Source of the DNA: the human T2T-CHM13v2.0 reference genome, Homo sapiens
Direction: 5' to 3' (one strand)
Length of the DNA stretch: 64,000 nt
NCBI RefSeq assembly: GCF_009914755.1
Contig: NC_060942.1
Position numbers and translations under genes: made by a program. The notes under the pieces are model-generated. The model had not been told where the DNA came from, did not search any database, and was given only the letters and a program-made list of their open reading frames with translations. Positions 1-14,369 of the stretch are shown piece after piece. Every line of letters starts with the position of its first letter. The stretch's first letter is position 1.

Positions 1-1639
1 TGAACCCTTATATCAGTGTCTCCTTCTTGGGCAAGCCACACTACACTAGGTGAGCATTAATCTGCTGAATAATGTAGGAGGCAGGGTAGGTATTATTTAT
101 AATAAAGTCATTAAAATGCATTTGTCAGCCTTGGGGATTACATTCATTGGTATAATAATAATCATCCACGTAAATTAACCTTGCTAATTACACATTGTTT
201 CTTAAAGATGCGAGTAGTCCTCAGTTTTCTTATGAAGGTTTGAACCATTACTCATAAAACGAAAGAGGCATATCCAGGGGTGAAAGTCAAAATTTTTTTT
301 AACAATTAGTATGACATAATTACTATCATAAGAATTGTAACAATATACACATCACTATAGAGCTAGGCCAAATCCCAGTTTGCCAGATAGTAACCATTTG
401 GTGGCAGTTTGGGAATAGTTTCTGGGGTCTTGGGGAAAAGTCTGGAAAAATTGAGGGGTACTTGAGAGGCTCAAATGAGCAGGCACTTAACAGCCAGTAT
501 AGAAGAATTTCAGTATTTTAATAACCAGTAAGGCCCTACTGGTATATACCAGCTGAGTAGCCAAAGCAAGATCTTGAACACTACATATATGAATATCTTC
601 TTTTTGTCATATAAACAATCTCACATTATTTCCAATGAGATCAACATGATTAACACATAAAACAACTGCCAAAAGGTACCCTTTTCTGGGGAATAAAATT
701 TTCAAAAAACATGAAGAATATGGATAATTTAAAACTGTAATACAGAAATGCTTGCAATTTAGCAAAATGACTATCAACAAAGGAGAAGTCCTCCTGGTGA
801 TATAAGTGCAACTCCTCAACATAAATGAAAATAACATGGCTATTCAAACACAATATCCCCCTGATTGGAACACCTCCTTATTTTTATTATGCTGTAAACA
901 CCCAAGGAATTCACTGTGAGTTGAGTGTTGAATAAAAAAAGGTACATAAAAATACCCAGTTGCTAAAAAGGCTTATAATCTCTAAGTACTACAAGGGAAT
1001 TCAGAGACCAGCAGTCAGTCAAAGCTGAAATTCAAGGTGAGTGGCCAATGTTATCAAGCATGATTTGCTATAAACTTGGGCAATTAACTGAAGTGCAAAA
1101 GATGAGACCGAGTGAACAAAAAGCATAATTTCTGCCATAATTGTAGAAAAGAAGAAAGAAAAAGAAAGTAGGCAAACTCCGGTTGCAAGATTTAAGTTTT
1201 ATAATTTTCAACAATATAAGCCTCAAGAACAACTTCTTGTAGAGAGAGAAAGAAAAAAATCAAATTGAAATGAACTCTTTCTGAACTTATGCAAACAGAT
1301 TACACCCAAAATGATTTTTGTATTAGATTTTAATACAAGCTATTTCGAAAGAGTAGTTCTACATCTGGAAAAAGTACTTCTTCTCTGAACAAAAGGTGTT
1401 TTTCTAGTCTTCGATGCTAAGAGTTTATATTTCACCTGAAAAATAGTGGCATTATCTAACAATCACAACAGGGTACAATTAGCAACTTTTCCATTTATGC
1501 TTCAATTATAAACCATGTATTTAAATAATTTTCCCCCATTTGACCTCAGGTGCACAGTATAGGATGAATCATAATTCTTGGGCCATAATATGAACATCAG
1601 TGGTCCATGCATAGCTTGCTTTTATTAGTTAGTCATTCA

Positions 1640-2245
1640 ATTAGTGTTTTTTGAATAATGTAATAAACACCTCCTAATTCACCACCCCAAAACAAAAGCT
1701 ACTATATTGAGCATAACTTACATCTACTCACATGTGTCTTCTGCCAGCACAGCCCTCTTGGCTCAGCCATCCATGATACACATCACTTAATATTCTGTGT
1801 TCAACATTTTCTAGCTTTTCTTTAAAAATAAATTGTTGCATTTGTATATACTCTACAATTATCATTTGCTTATTTGTTTTAGATTTTTAATGTTACAAAA
1901 AGGTATCATGCCACAGCCTTTTGGGACTCACATTTTCCTATAATATTGTATTGCTATGATTTTCCTTGGTATTGCTTTCTTGCTATCATTCACTCATTTT
2001 CACTGCTAATGTTCTATTGCATGAATGACAATTTATTAATCCACTCCCTCAAAAATGGGCATTTCAGTTGTTTCCATTTTTACAACTGGAGATAATACTG
2101 TGGACGTTTTTGTACATGTTCCCTTTGTAAATGTGCAAGATTTTCTCTTTCATGGAGATTTCCTCTAAAGTGGAATTGCTGAGTCATGGGTAAAATGGAT
2201 GCTCAAACTCAGGAGATAGTGCCAAATCACCCTCCCAGCAATGAA
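1640..2245 (-). mobile_element. Ancient L1M (L1ME-like) 3' region fragment
   Basis: Degenerate antisense L1 3'-end motifs (tttgtacatgt, aagtggaattgctgagtcatggg, tgccaaat...cccagcaatg). Boundaries approximate. Confidence 0.65.
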
Positions 2246-2329
2246 GTAGTACAACAGATGATGATGACCTTCTAGGACATAAGGAACCTACTGGAAGAAA
2301 AATTATCATGGTAGTAAGTGAAAAATAAA

Positions 2330-4300
2330 TAAAGACATAGAGATATTAAATATTAATAAATTAATTCATTCATTGAATATCTTAATACTTTTAGAATTAA
2401 AAGTATTCAACAATTTCATTAAAAAACAAGGATGTGAAGGTAGCAATGGAGGCAAATAGAACATCTTGATGAATGAAAGAGGTTTCAAATATTAGGAGGG
2501 AAATTTGTGACAGATTAAAAGAACATAAAAAACAACCATTAATGGAACAGAAAAGTAATAAAGAACTTTCTAATTTACAATGGAAAGAAATGAAATAAAC
2601 AGAAATATAATCAAAGGAGCAGAATACAGAAAATTGTAAAAGACAGGAAAATGTAAAATAAATAATACAGTAGGACAGAAGGTATTAACTCAGCAGTATC
2701 AGTTACTGCACTAAATGTGAATTGACTGAATTCTCCTATGCAAAAACAGATTCTAAGTAGGTTAAAATCAAAATACAAATATATGCTGCCTATCTGAAAT
2801 TTATGTAAAGTGAAGTAATAAAAGAAGCTTGAGTATAAAGAATGGACTAAGACATAACCAATTCAAACAAAAAGATAAGGCGGAACAAATAATATTAATA
2901 TCATATAAGGTGGAATTTCAGCTTAAAGACATTATATAGCAAGAGACATGTTATGTAACAATAAAGATACCTATAAAGGAAATATCAATACCTAAATAGC
3001 TGTGTTTTGTATACCATTCCAACTAAATATAAAAAGCAACAACTATTAGAATGCAAGGACTATAATGTACTGTAATGAGAAATTTCAATACACATCTCTC
3101 AATAAATTAAAAATAATGACCTAGAAGAACTGACTTACACAATTAGTAAAGCTGATTTATAGCAACCTAGTGAGAACCTTACATCTCTCTAAGAGATAAT
3201 TTATAATTTTTGATTACTCTTGGAACATTCACAAGATGCTCTGTATATTTGGTCACAAAGAAAACCCCAACAGTTGTTCAAAAGTTGATATTTTACAGGT
3301 CTCCTTCTGTGATGATAATCCAATGAAATTAGAAATAAACAATAAAAATTGATCTGAAAAATCCAGAAGCGTATCTCATTATCCATATGTTATATATTTG
3401 TTGATTAAGTTTAATATATGAAACAAGTAGTGTTTTCATTAGGTATAAAAATAATTGTAAATGATACTGGCAAAATTGGTCATCCATCTGGAAGAAAATA
3501 AAATTGGAATTCATATAAATACAATTTCTAGATAATTTTTAAGATAAAAATAAAATAAAATTCATGGACAAAAAACTAGAGATATTCTTATTCAGCTGAA
3601 TAATTCAGAGATACAGAGCAAAACATCAAAAGCAAAGTCAATAAAATAAATAAGTTATTTTGAAAAAATGGCAAAGCAGATAGTTACAGGACTAATATTT
3701 AAAATATACAAAGGTATGTCTTGTATTGACCAAAAAAAAAAAAAACAAAAAACCAAAGTAATGGAATATTTAAAGCTACGCACAGAAAAAAAAGAAATCT
3801 CGAAGGCCAAAAACATATGAAAAGAAGCTCATGGTCACTAATAAGCAAATGCCAACTAAAGTAATTAAATATGCTTTTATAATCATCAGAATGGCAAAGC
3901 TTAAAAGTCTAAGAGCACATACATTAGGTGGAAACATGAGAAAACAGTACAGTAGGAATGGGAGGTGTTGGAGCTTTACTGGAAACCAACCTAGCAACAT
4001 TTCATAAAATTAATAATTGGTATACCTTTTTGAGCCAGCAGTCTCATTCTTGGTAATGAATCTCCTAGAAAGAAAATCCCAAGTGAAAGTGAAACTATTC
4101 AAAGGAGACTGTTTGAATAATTCTGGTGTATCCACAGGGAATAATATGCAGCTATTAAAAAGAATGAATTTGAGCTATAGCAATTTGTCTTTCAGAAATG
4201 TCTAAGGGGTATTTTCATGTGAGAAAAGCAAAATACAGAAAAGTGTGTATAATATATCATTTTAAAAACAAGACCATTAACGATGAAAACCCTCTGTGTG
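2330..4300 (+). mobile_element. Ancient L1M ORF2/3' fragments, sense
   Basis: A-rich strand with L1 ORF2-like motifs (ctaaatgtgaattgactgaattctcc, ggaacattcacaag, atatgaaaagaagctc, atcagaatggcaaag, ccttttgagccagcagtctc). No intact frame. Confidence 0.65.
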
Positions 4301-5696
4301 GAGGAAAATGTGGAAGGTTGAATTGTAGGCTATTAAATGTGTTACTGGGTGGGAGTGGGTGGAGAAAGGGGTTGATAGATTTAGTACACCGAACCTCTTT
4401 CTCAGCCAGTGAGAGTAACTCAAAACTACCGGTGGGTGATCTAATTCAATCACATTAAAAAAAAACAATCAAAATGCAGGCAATACACCGGCATTAATTC
4501 AAAATACGCTACTCAAAACCAGTCACATAGCCTCATTTATAAAACAGTATTTCATCCTCATAAGAAGAGATTTCTTAAAAGACACAAGAATTTACTTTCT
4601 CAAGTCTTAGCACATCCTCTATTGGTCTGGAAAATTAAGTAGTCAGGGAGTTTTTTGTCCTAGGGACTAAAAGTCCTACAATCCTTTATTGTTTATTCTT
4701 TTTTTTTTCTTCTCTAATTCCTTGTCTTTCCCCCTCCCTGAGGATGAAATTAACGGTCAGCTGCACCTGTCCATCTGACCCAGTTGGTTTATTTAGAATT
4801 ATAATTCACTTATTCAGCAATGCTGCTACTCCTGTAGCTCCAGAATGATAACAATAATTCCAATTAAAAATTACTTCTGTATGGATTATCTAACTCATAA
4901 ACCCTTTTAATAAAGATAATTAATGCTGCTTCTTCTTGTCTTTGGGTTTTCAGTTCTCCGTGTTGATATTGCTTTGCTTTTAATCATTTGTCCCTGTTAA
5001 AAAACAGAAATAGGCAGGAAGAAGAAAAAAAATATGTCATTTGTGTCTCTATAGAGAAATTGCTTGGAAAGCTATCAAAGTTTCTTCAAGCTGTCTAAAT
5101 TAGGGAGGGTAGCTTTTACAGGAATGAATGCGAGGCAAGAGACGAGGCTGAAAATTTCACTACGGCTAATTTTTTTTTTTAACATCGCGGTGCCCAGTGC
5201 ATTGTGGGTATGTACTTGTATGTGGGTATGCAAATATTTATGCATTTATAAGGATTTGAAAATTCATATGCCTTAAATATAAAAATCCCCAGAATGAAAT
5301 GAACTGACAGCTTTTAGTAACTCTCAGCAGTTCTAGGCTTCTTTCCACTCAATAGAATACATCTGGAAGTATCCTGATTTACAAGCATAGTCAAAATAAA
5401 TAAATATTATCCCAAGAATTCTTACAAAGAAAACAGCCTTCTCATGCTTCAGACCTATTTGTACCCAAGAATGAGCTTGCCCTAAAGAGGAACAGATCCT
5501 TGGTTACTTCCTTAAAAGTGATTAGTTTTTATCCAGACTGAAACCAACCAACTATCCAGTCCATTTACAATTCTCTTCATATTTCCTAATAAACCTTTTC
5601 CTGTTTTTACATTTTAATGCTTTTATGTTATTTCATTTTATGTCTGTCTCTTGTAAAGAATTACAAACTCTATGGTTAGAGTTTATTTGCTTATCC

Positions 5697-6336
5697 TATA
5701 AGGTGATTAGTTTTATGTGTCAATTTGACTGGGCTAAGGAATGCCCAGGTAACTGGTAGAAAAAACATTGTTTCTGGGTGTGTAAATGAGGGTGTTTCTG
5801 GAAGAAATTAGCACTTGAATTGAGAGACTAACTAAAGAAGATCCCCTCACCAGAACAGGTACTCATCACCTAATCGGCTGAGGTCCCAAATTCAGCAACA
5901 CTGCTACTCCTGCAGCTCTCGAATGATGATAGTAATTCCAATTAAAAATGTGCTTGTCCCTATAGGAATTATCTAACCCCTAAACCTAATCAACAGAGCA
6001 GAGGAAGGCTAACTTTGTTCTCTGCTTCTGCGGGAACATTCACCTACTCCTGCCCTTGCACACTATGGCTCCTTGTTCTGAGTCCTTCTGACTTCAACTG
6101 GGACCCACATCATCAAGCTCCCCTAGTTCTTGGGCCTTTGAGCTTAGACTAAAACTGCACCACCAGATTTCCTGGGCATCCAGCTCATCCTATGATCCAG
6201 ACAACTGATCATAGGACTTCTCAGTCTTCATAATCACATAGGCCAATCCCTTATAATCTCTTTCTCTCTTGCTCTCTCTCTATATATATATATAACCTAT
6301 ATTGGTTCTGTTTCTTTGGAGACCCTGGCTAATACA
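5697..6336 (+). mobile_element. MLT2 (ERVL) solo LTR
   Basis: Typical start ttttatgtgtcaatttgactgggctaagg and end ctatattggttctgtttctttggagaccctggctaataca, with an internal (CT)n(TA)n tract. Interrupted at 5891-5986 by a foreign segment. Confidence 0.85.
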
Positions 6337-7260
6337 TTCTATTAATTCTTTGCCTTTTATTATACAATTTTAAACTATTAATTAATATAATATTCATATT
6401 TGATATCTAATCTTAATTCTGAAATTGTTTTGCATACTCTTATTCTTCTTTTATGCTTCTTTATATTTTGTATTTTGTCATATGAACTGTGGTTTTGCTT
6501 TGTTTTTAGAGACTTGAATTATCTAAGGATTTTGAAATATGCATATGTTTGTTTTTTAAAACTTCTATGAGATAGAATCTTTAAGTTCTTCAAAAGTATG
6601 TATGCTTTGTTCTAAAAGTCAAGTATAAACTAATTTTTTTCACTGCCAATATATTTCTAGACATGTAGGACATAATTCAATTTCCTTACAATTTCCCCAC
6701 ATAAGCTACACAGTTTAGCATTTTTCAAGTATTGTTTTCAGTAGCCAACCTAATTTTATTTTTAACTGATTTCAATGTCCCAATCATTTATTTTATGACT
6801 CCAAATTTTTACTTTGAATTCCTCTGTTCTTTGGCTACACTATATCTTAAAGTAGTTTTCCAGGAAAATTGCTTGAATGTCTTGCCTTTGCCTTCATATC
6901 TAAAATTGCTGGAAACAGACTTCTTGTGGTACAACTTTTCTCCTCCCAGTACTATAGCTGCATAGTTCTATTTTTGCTGATATCTCAAACTGCAGAGAAT
7001 TGTAAACACAACCTGATTTTGTGCCTTTGTAGAAACTTTTCCAGATGTTCTTCCTTTTTCTCATTCTTCCTTTTCTTTCCTTTCCAATTCCATAGAACAG
7101 TATTGCTCTGCATCCAGGCATGGTTCTCTTTTTTCATTATTCTTATAAGCTAAAATGCAAGCACTTTTTAATGTGTGTGTTTAGGTCTCTTTTATTCAGA
7201 AATGTTTTTCTTTCATTATATTTGTTATATTTCTTTTTTGAAAATTTGTTCTGGTTTCAG
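6337..7260 (-). mobile_element. Ancient L1M fragment, antisense (continues 5500-5696 across the MLT2)
   Basis: T-rich degenerate L1-like sequence on both sides of the MLT2. Confidence 0.45.
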
Positions 7261-10200
7261 GGGTTTCAACCTTTCTTTAAAAATGCAAAGTAAATATAGA
7301 TAGACAAATAGAAATAATTTAATCACAGAAATCAGTGATTAAACACTCAGTTTAATCATAGAATAAGTTAATATAAAAACCTTTGTGTCAATCTTAAGAC
7401 CTCTTTCAGCCCCAGAACTGGCAGTCTGTTTGCCACAGAACCAATACTTTAAATTCCTAGGTTCTTTCTAGTCAGACTCTAAGTTTGAGCCCAAGTTCCT
7501 CCATGGCTGCCAACTAGACCATGTGGATGATCTTCTCATTAAAGTCCATGTAAGCTCTTCTTGTCGGGTGCCCTGAGTTTGATCATATTTACAAACAACC
7601 ATTCGTTCTTGTTCTGAACTTTAATTTCATTTCTCTAGCCCAAAGATGTATTCATTATTTTGTTAATATCCTTCAACTTTGTCTTGCTGTAAAATTATTA
7701 TCCCCAAAACTCACTTCTATAGAAGAAAGGATCATGTAATGTCTTTATAATTTACGAGATTATTTATTTGTTATAAATTCTGAAAGAAAAAGTGAATGGG
7801 CTTATAAGATATATAGTATAAGACTGTCATAGGCTTCGTTTTACTACTGTGATTGTGCTTTGTTCATTTACACGGAATGCTCTCCCAACTAGAGATGACA
7901 TTGGTGTTTTTATAGGTGATATGTCAGAAAAGATAAGTATCAAATCATTTCAACTTTATTCACCTTTCTTAAAACATGAGATGATGAAAAGCTGAAGCTT
8001 TATTGAGAATCATGTCTTTTTTGTTCAGGAAACAAAAGAATAACTCCAAACTTTGGGACTAGATGAAATACACCTTACTCAATACCCCACCCTCCATCTT
8101 CAAACAGGCTCATAAAATCCGTAGGAGCTGTGATGAGATACCACATATTACAATAAACTCATGGCTATGTCTCCCCATTTTAACCATCATATTCCTGGTT
8201 ATAACAGTTACCTATTCTAGGGTCTCTTCACTTTTCCAAATGTTCCCTTTCCTCTCCAAGTTGCTAATTTTGTAAACTCACTGAGGATGGGTACTTTAAC
8301 TTTCACATTTTTGTATTTCCACAACACCCACCTCAGGGTCTTCAATATAGCACTCGGTTAAAAGAAAGAAAATATTGAATGAATGAATGAATGAAACAGT
8401 TTTTAAACCAGATTCATATCCATCTGTATTTCAATTTCAAAAGTGGGAAGTGAAGTTGAAACTATGGTGCAAAAGTTTCCTAACTTAAGCATGCCTATAG
8501 CAGGTAGATATTCTTTCTTTTTGTAACTTTGCTTGGTTCCCTGGAGAAATATCACTTAAGAAACACATCACTCTCAGGTGTATGAACAGACTTGGCACCA
8601 CTTCTCTGAGCCAAGTATAGTCAGCCCTGACTATTCTGGTTTCTGTCATCACCCTCAAGACAATTGCTGTTCTATTTTAACCTCAGTCCTTTAGAGTGCT
8701 TTGGAATTTGAGATAACTACAGAGTTACTCAATGTATTGAAAACTGCACAAATTCTACTTTCTCTTTTGTTCTTACTCTTCGGCTAACTGAGACCATTCT
8801 TACCAGCCTGTCTTCCTGTTTCCCCATGAGATTTGAGATAGCTCATCAAAGAAAAACAACAGAGAAGAGATTAATGACCATTTGATGCTTGCCAGCTCTG
8901 AAAGGTACTTACCTATGGGCTTTCATAATTACTTGACAATACCAACTGCTTACCCATCTTGCAAAGTTTCCATATTTCCTCAAGAGTACTATACGTGGTG
9001 TAAATATCTGCTGAGTCACAACTGTGCTATATAGCTTGGTCCATTCAGGTAAATTTTCTCCATTAAAATAGTCACAGTATTATCCCACATACATTGTGTT
9101 TCAGAAGTATGTAATGATGGTGGTATTCAAAACGCTTTCTCTGAGAGGTCTCAGATAACCCCAGATGTCCTGTGGAATCTGTTTTTCTTTCTTCCACTTC
9201 AACACACAAAGGGATTTAGAAAGCTTCTTCCTTGGCCAGAAGCTATTATTTCAAATTAACTCAGAACTCTTTTACCCCATCTTGCTATGGGCTGGACCAC
9301 TGAGGAAGAAATAAGTTATTCTGTGTTCTACTAAATTTTGCTATTACTTTATGAAAGACAAATAATACATAAATAAATAAATATATAAAAACAAATAAAG
9401 GCTTAATGGGGTTAAGTATAAATTCATATAAATTGTATGTTAGAGCCTTCTTGGTCTCTCAGGAGTTCTTCCTGTGTCCTCTGTTTAGCTTTAGTGCTGA
9501 CATATGAGAAATGATGAACATCAGTAGAACAAGGCAAAGTGTGGGGATGGAGAGGCAGATTGAGAGAATAGCATCATCTATTCTCAAATCATTATTATTT
9601 ATTATTTGGTCATCATAAAAGGTTATTCAAGAAAAAAAATCATTAGGACACTTTGTTTCATTTTACTTAAAAAAATTCTCCTGTGAGACTATTTTCTTAA
9701 TTTTCATATCTAAAGAAAAATGTTCCCAAGTACTTTTTTCTTAAATTCTATTTTTTATGAGCATAAAAATAAAAATAAATATTTTAAATAAATAAATGTT
9801 TTCAGAAATTCTGTTTTGAGAGTGTGAGAAGCATCAGGGATAAACTTTCTAACACAAGTGAAATAAACATCTTACAGTATAAAAATCACAGAACAAAATG
9901 GGTAGATAGGACATTAAAGGGTCTGTTTTGAGATAAATCACCTGAGGAAGATGTTTGTCAATTTTGAACCCTTTTGGAAAATGATTCTCTGACGTATTAT
10001 CATTTATTCAGATCATCACATGCCATTGTGTAATTGTTCATTGCACAACTCTAAGAAGCTTCCATCACTTAGACTACAAGGGGCAGTCTGCACTGTGGCC
10101 CAAAATCCATTTTTATCATTTTAGAAACCCTTGAGAAATAGTTATCATTATAGAAGAATTGAATCTTAAATAGACAAAATCTTATTCAGAGCACCATACA

Positions 10201-13200
10201 TAAAATAGATAAAAGCACAGCTGCTCTACTGGAAGTGGAGGTGAAGAATCCCATAGGCCCACCCCTTTATAGCTCCCTGGAAAGGCTTTTATGTCTTTGA
10301 AAAAAAAAAACAGTTTTATAGTGGTGTTTTAAAACAAATAGTTTGTAGAAGAAAAAGACTTATATTTTACCAGATTAGTAGAAGCCACAGAAGGCAATGT
10401 GGTAGAAAGGGCATCAACACGAACATCAAGGAACCATATAACATTCTGCTGTGAGTGAGCCACGAGGTCCTGGGAAACTTCCAGTGATTCTAGGAAGTTG
10501 GACTAGATCAATGAGTGTATATGAGTTTCTTTTAAGCCAGGGGCTCTTTCAGAATTTGAAAAAAAAGTTATAGATCATCTCCTTCCATGCTGTGAAAAAG
10601 CCAGATAGACCCAGAGCTATGCTTGTCATGTCCAAGGATTGCTGGCCCCTTGGGCACCTCGTCTAGATAATCATGAAGTCATTCCAGACCTCAATATTAT
10701 TCTACTTTTTAAAAACATATTAAGTACTTTTAAAGTCTAACATGGAAAGTCGCTTCCACATTCTACATTTGCTTCCTGAATGAATCTTCTGCTCCAAGAT
10801 GAAAAATAAGATTGTACCCCTAGCTTTAAACAGCTATACTGCAAAGTTTGCTACCTTCCAAAAACAAGCAAGCAAAAACAAAACTGAGTGTACTGAGTGT
10901 TGTTCAATGCAGTCCTGTTCTCTCCTGGAAATATGCTTTATAAAGCAAGTGCTCCTAAAGTGGAGACACTAGATTATATTAAGGCAGCACAGCTCACTAG
11001 AGGAGGCACTACCTGCAGGTCACCTGCTGGACATCCAGATGCGTCTAGTAAAAGGGCCAGAGAGGCTGAGGACAGCCACCAGCCATTTCAAGCCAGAAAA
11101 ATCTCAGTATCTGCATATATTGGGTGCTCGATATTTCTTGTTGGAAAAGGTATGGCCATGCTATTGCAATATGTAACTTTTTTATTTCCTCCTCTTTTCC
11201 AGACCATAATATTGCTTGCAGCTAGATTATTGTGGTAGAAAATGTTACCTCTGACACCAGCAGTACCCAGATTTTTAAATGTCTGAAACTGAATTTTATC
11301 TTCTTCTGAACCCTCCTGCTCACTAATACTTTGTTTCTTTTTCGAAGGGACTGATGAAATTCTAACTTGTATGTAAATTCTGTATACATGCTTTAAAAAT
11401 GTGTAGTTCTGGAGAAGAGAATCTGGATTGCAAATGACAAATAGTTTCTTCTCTTGTGTCAAATTCTATTGATTGATTGAGCGAGGCTGCCTAGAGCACT
11501 GAGTTGGAAGGAATAGAACCATTCCAAGGATGGAGTTTTGTGATCAAGTAATGAGAGCAGTCAAAGCACAGGAGGTATCTTCTGGACCCTAAATGATATC
11601 TTCCCAGTCTATTTCTCAAAACCCCTGGCAGAGTCCCTGCATGGCCTGTAGCACAGGAGAGTCACAGAAAGCAGTAGTAGTTAAATGAACTGATAATGCA
11701 AAAAAGGTAAACGAACACACATAAAATCCCACAAAAACTCTGTATCTTTGCCTATTTAAGAAAATATAGGATATTTTGCATACTATTTTGAAATTGTAAA
11801 AACATGTTATCTACATATTTCAATATGCATAGAACATTTCTAGAAGTACACAAAGCAATAGTTACTGATTACTTCCTGGGAATGAGAATCCAACAGCTTG
11901 GAGGAACTCCTTTGCTAAGAGCATAATTTCTACAGGGAAGTACTCACCACCAAGTGCCTTGGTAAAGTATGAATTCTGAAAAAGTTAATGCTGAAACAAA
12001 ATATTATCCCTAGACATTAACCTTCTTGGGAGGAGAAGGTTTTTCGGGTCACTGTAGGGCCCTAGCCTTTTTCTGAAGTAAAATAGGTGCTCAATGTATT
12101 TTGCTGAATGAATGATTCCATCAACCGACTAACCAGTGAATCCAAATATCTCAGATAAGGCTTGTAAATTATAACTACTGCTCAACTTCATCCAAACCTC
12201 TTTCTTGCTTATGACAACCAGGTAGATGAGAATTCACTTATTGGCTCTGTCATGTATTAGCTGTAGAATTTGGGGCAAATCCATATATTTTTTGAATTTC
12301 AGTTTCCTCCTTTGTAAAATGCGGATGATCCTCTTTTGCTTAGTTGTCAGGATTCCCTGGCATGGTGTTCACACGCCTTCCAAATCAGAGCCTGGTGAGT
12401 TGTAGGTGCCACTATAGTTAATTACTTTGAAATGCCACTTAATTCTTTCAAGGCTTACATTTTTTTCCTCTGTTTAAATAATGTGATAAGAACTTAAGTA
12501 AAACATATCCTACAAAAGTGTTATTGGTCAGCTCCTGTTATGTGACAAAATGTCCCAGACTTGGATCGCATTCCCTTTGAGCACTCACAAAAGTGGATGA
12601 CATAATTTAAAGACAACACAGCTGAGCTGATTAATCATTTAGTGCCCTCCACTGAATCACACGTTTCTGTGGCTTCCCTAAGGTGTTTGCATATTTCTCT
12701 AATGCCGTTGGTGTGACTACAAGGCTATGTTTGTTCTTAACAGAAAATTTCATTCAGTTATTACATTTTGAGAGAGACAAATATAATACAGTGAAAATTT
12801 TGAAATGAATGCCATCCATATATATATGTTTTAAATTTTTTACAATCCTCTTTTCTTTTAGGCACAGCATGAACCCAAAGTGAATTTTAGTTTCTGTAAA
12901 GCATTTCTTTCATCCTTTTAGAAAAATCACATACATCATATTTTCTAGAATGACAGCCAATTTCTGTCCTTACACGTTAAGCATGTTTTCCTAAGTGTCT
13001 TAAGTGTTAAGAAAATATTGATAAAAATGGCAAATACTTTTGTCTAATCATAACCATGTTGGTCCAAATATTGAAGTTTTCTTAAGTTGTTTTAAAAGCT
13101 AATCATCTGAAGTCTAGACAGACGTTTTAGTGATTAAGTAAACTCTTTAGTCAATTCAGTTAAATAAATTAGGTATGACTAGCTCATTTTGATATCCTCT

Positions 13201-14369
13201 AACTCAGCTTACTGCCTTGTCTAAATGTAGTAGGCACTAATGAATATTTATTGATTTAAGTTGTTTGTTCTTTAAAGTGAAATATACTTAGGTTGAAACT
13301 AGAGCAAGTAATTTCGATAATGCATGTGAAATGCCTAATAGCCCCTATTCAGTCCTTTTCCAATTCATGTGCACCTTCCTTTGATTCATGAGTTTTATTT
13401 GCTCCTGCTACATTTTTGAGCCTGAATTTAAATGCAGATTGGCAAATGTTTTCCCAATATCTATTATCTATTTTGTTTTAATAATTGCTCATTGAGTTTT
13501 AAGTCACTCCCCATCATCTTTGTTCTAAGTGTCCCTCTGTTGTGAAACAGTATTACATATTATTTATAAATGACTTTAGAGAAAAAATAAAACAAAGGAG
13601 AAATACCACAGATATCAATGAGAGACTGCTTCTTACCAGCAGGTGTGATTCATTAATAAGTGAGTTCACTTTGAAAGGCAAATCATTAATATTTTTACTC
13701 CTATGAGACAATAACTCTGTAAGAGTTAGATTTGATCAAATAATGATTCGATGAACTGTAGGAGGATTCAGATTAACTATGAAATTATTACTTCTGGGAG
13801 TTTGCTTTAGTACTTTCAAATTTTTAAATATCAGAGCATGATATCTAGGCAATCAATAAGTCTAAGGAAAGAATAAGATTAAGATATCACCCAATGTGTT
13901 ATTCTGTTAACAAGGAAGAAGGTTTTTTTATACACAACCATAATTTTACAGTTATGAAGTTTATTAAAATAGCTACACGTTGAATTATTTCTCTTGATCC
14001 TTTATAGTTTTAATTCTAGTAAGCCACCACTACAAACCACCAAGGAGAATATACTTCTATCATGTAATCTGTATTTTGTCACTGTAACCAAAACGAACCA
14101 CAAAATGTGGTTTTTATTTTCTATATGACATAAATAAGGAGTTGCTATTCAAAAAGCTGAGGTTGCATTGGCTTTATAAAATTCAATTTCAAAGGTGGAA
14201 AACTGGGTGGTTGTTGTATATAAAAATCAGATTTTTTTTAACCCTCTCTTTTTGGAGAATTGTAAACAAAGAAAAATTCATGCATCCTCTTAGGATTCTC
14301 TGATCAACTTCACTATCACACATAAATAATCCATGTATCATTGAGACACAGAATTCTGTAGTGGGCCAA

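Noticed and set aside
1034-1042. Consensus splice donors (AAG|GTGAGT here; similar at about 8907(-), 22518, 48422, 53022, 59040)
   Set aside because: A handful of AGGTRAGT matches is expected by chance in 128 kb of strand sequence, and no consistent exon chain could be built. A lncRNA cannot be excluded without transcript data.
10897-11462. Overlapping 113 and 124 aa ORFs in unique sequence
   Set aside because: No recognisable domain, non-ATG starts and no convincing exon boundaries; lengths are within chance expectation.
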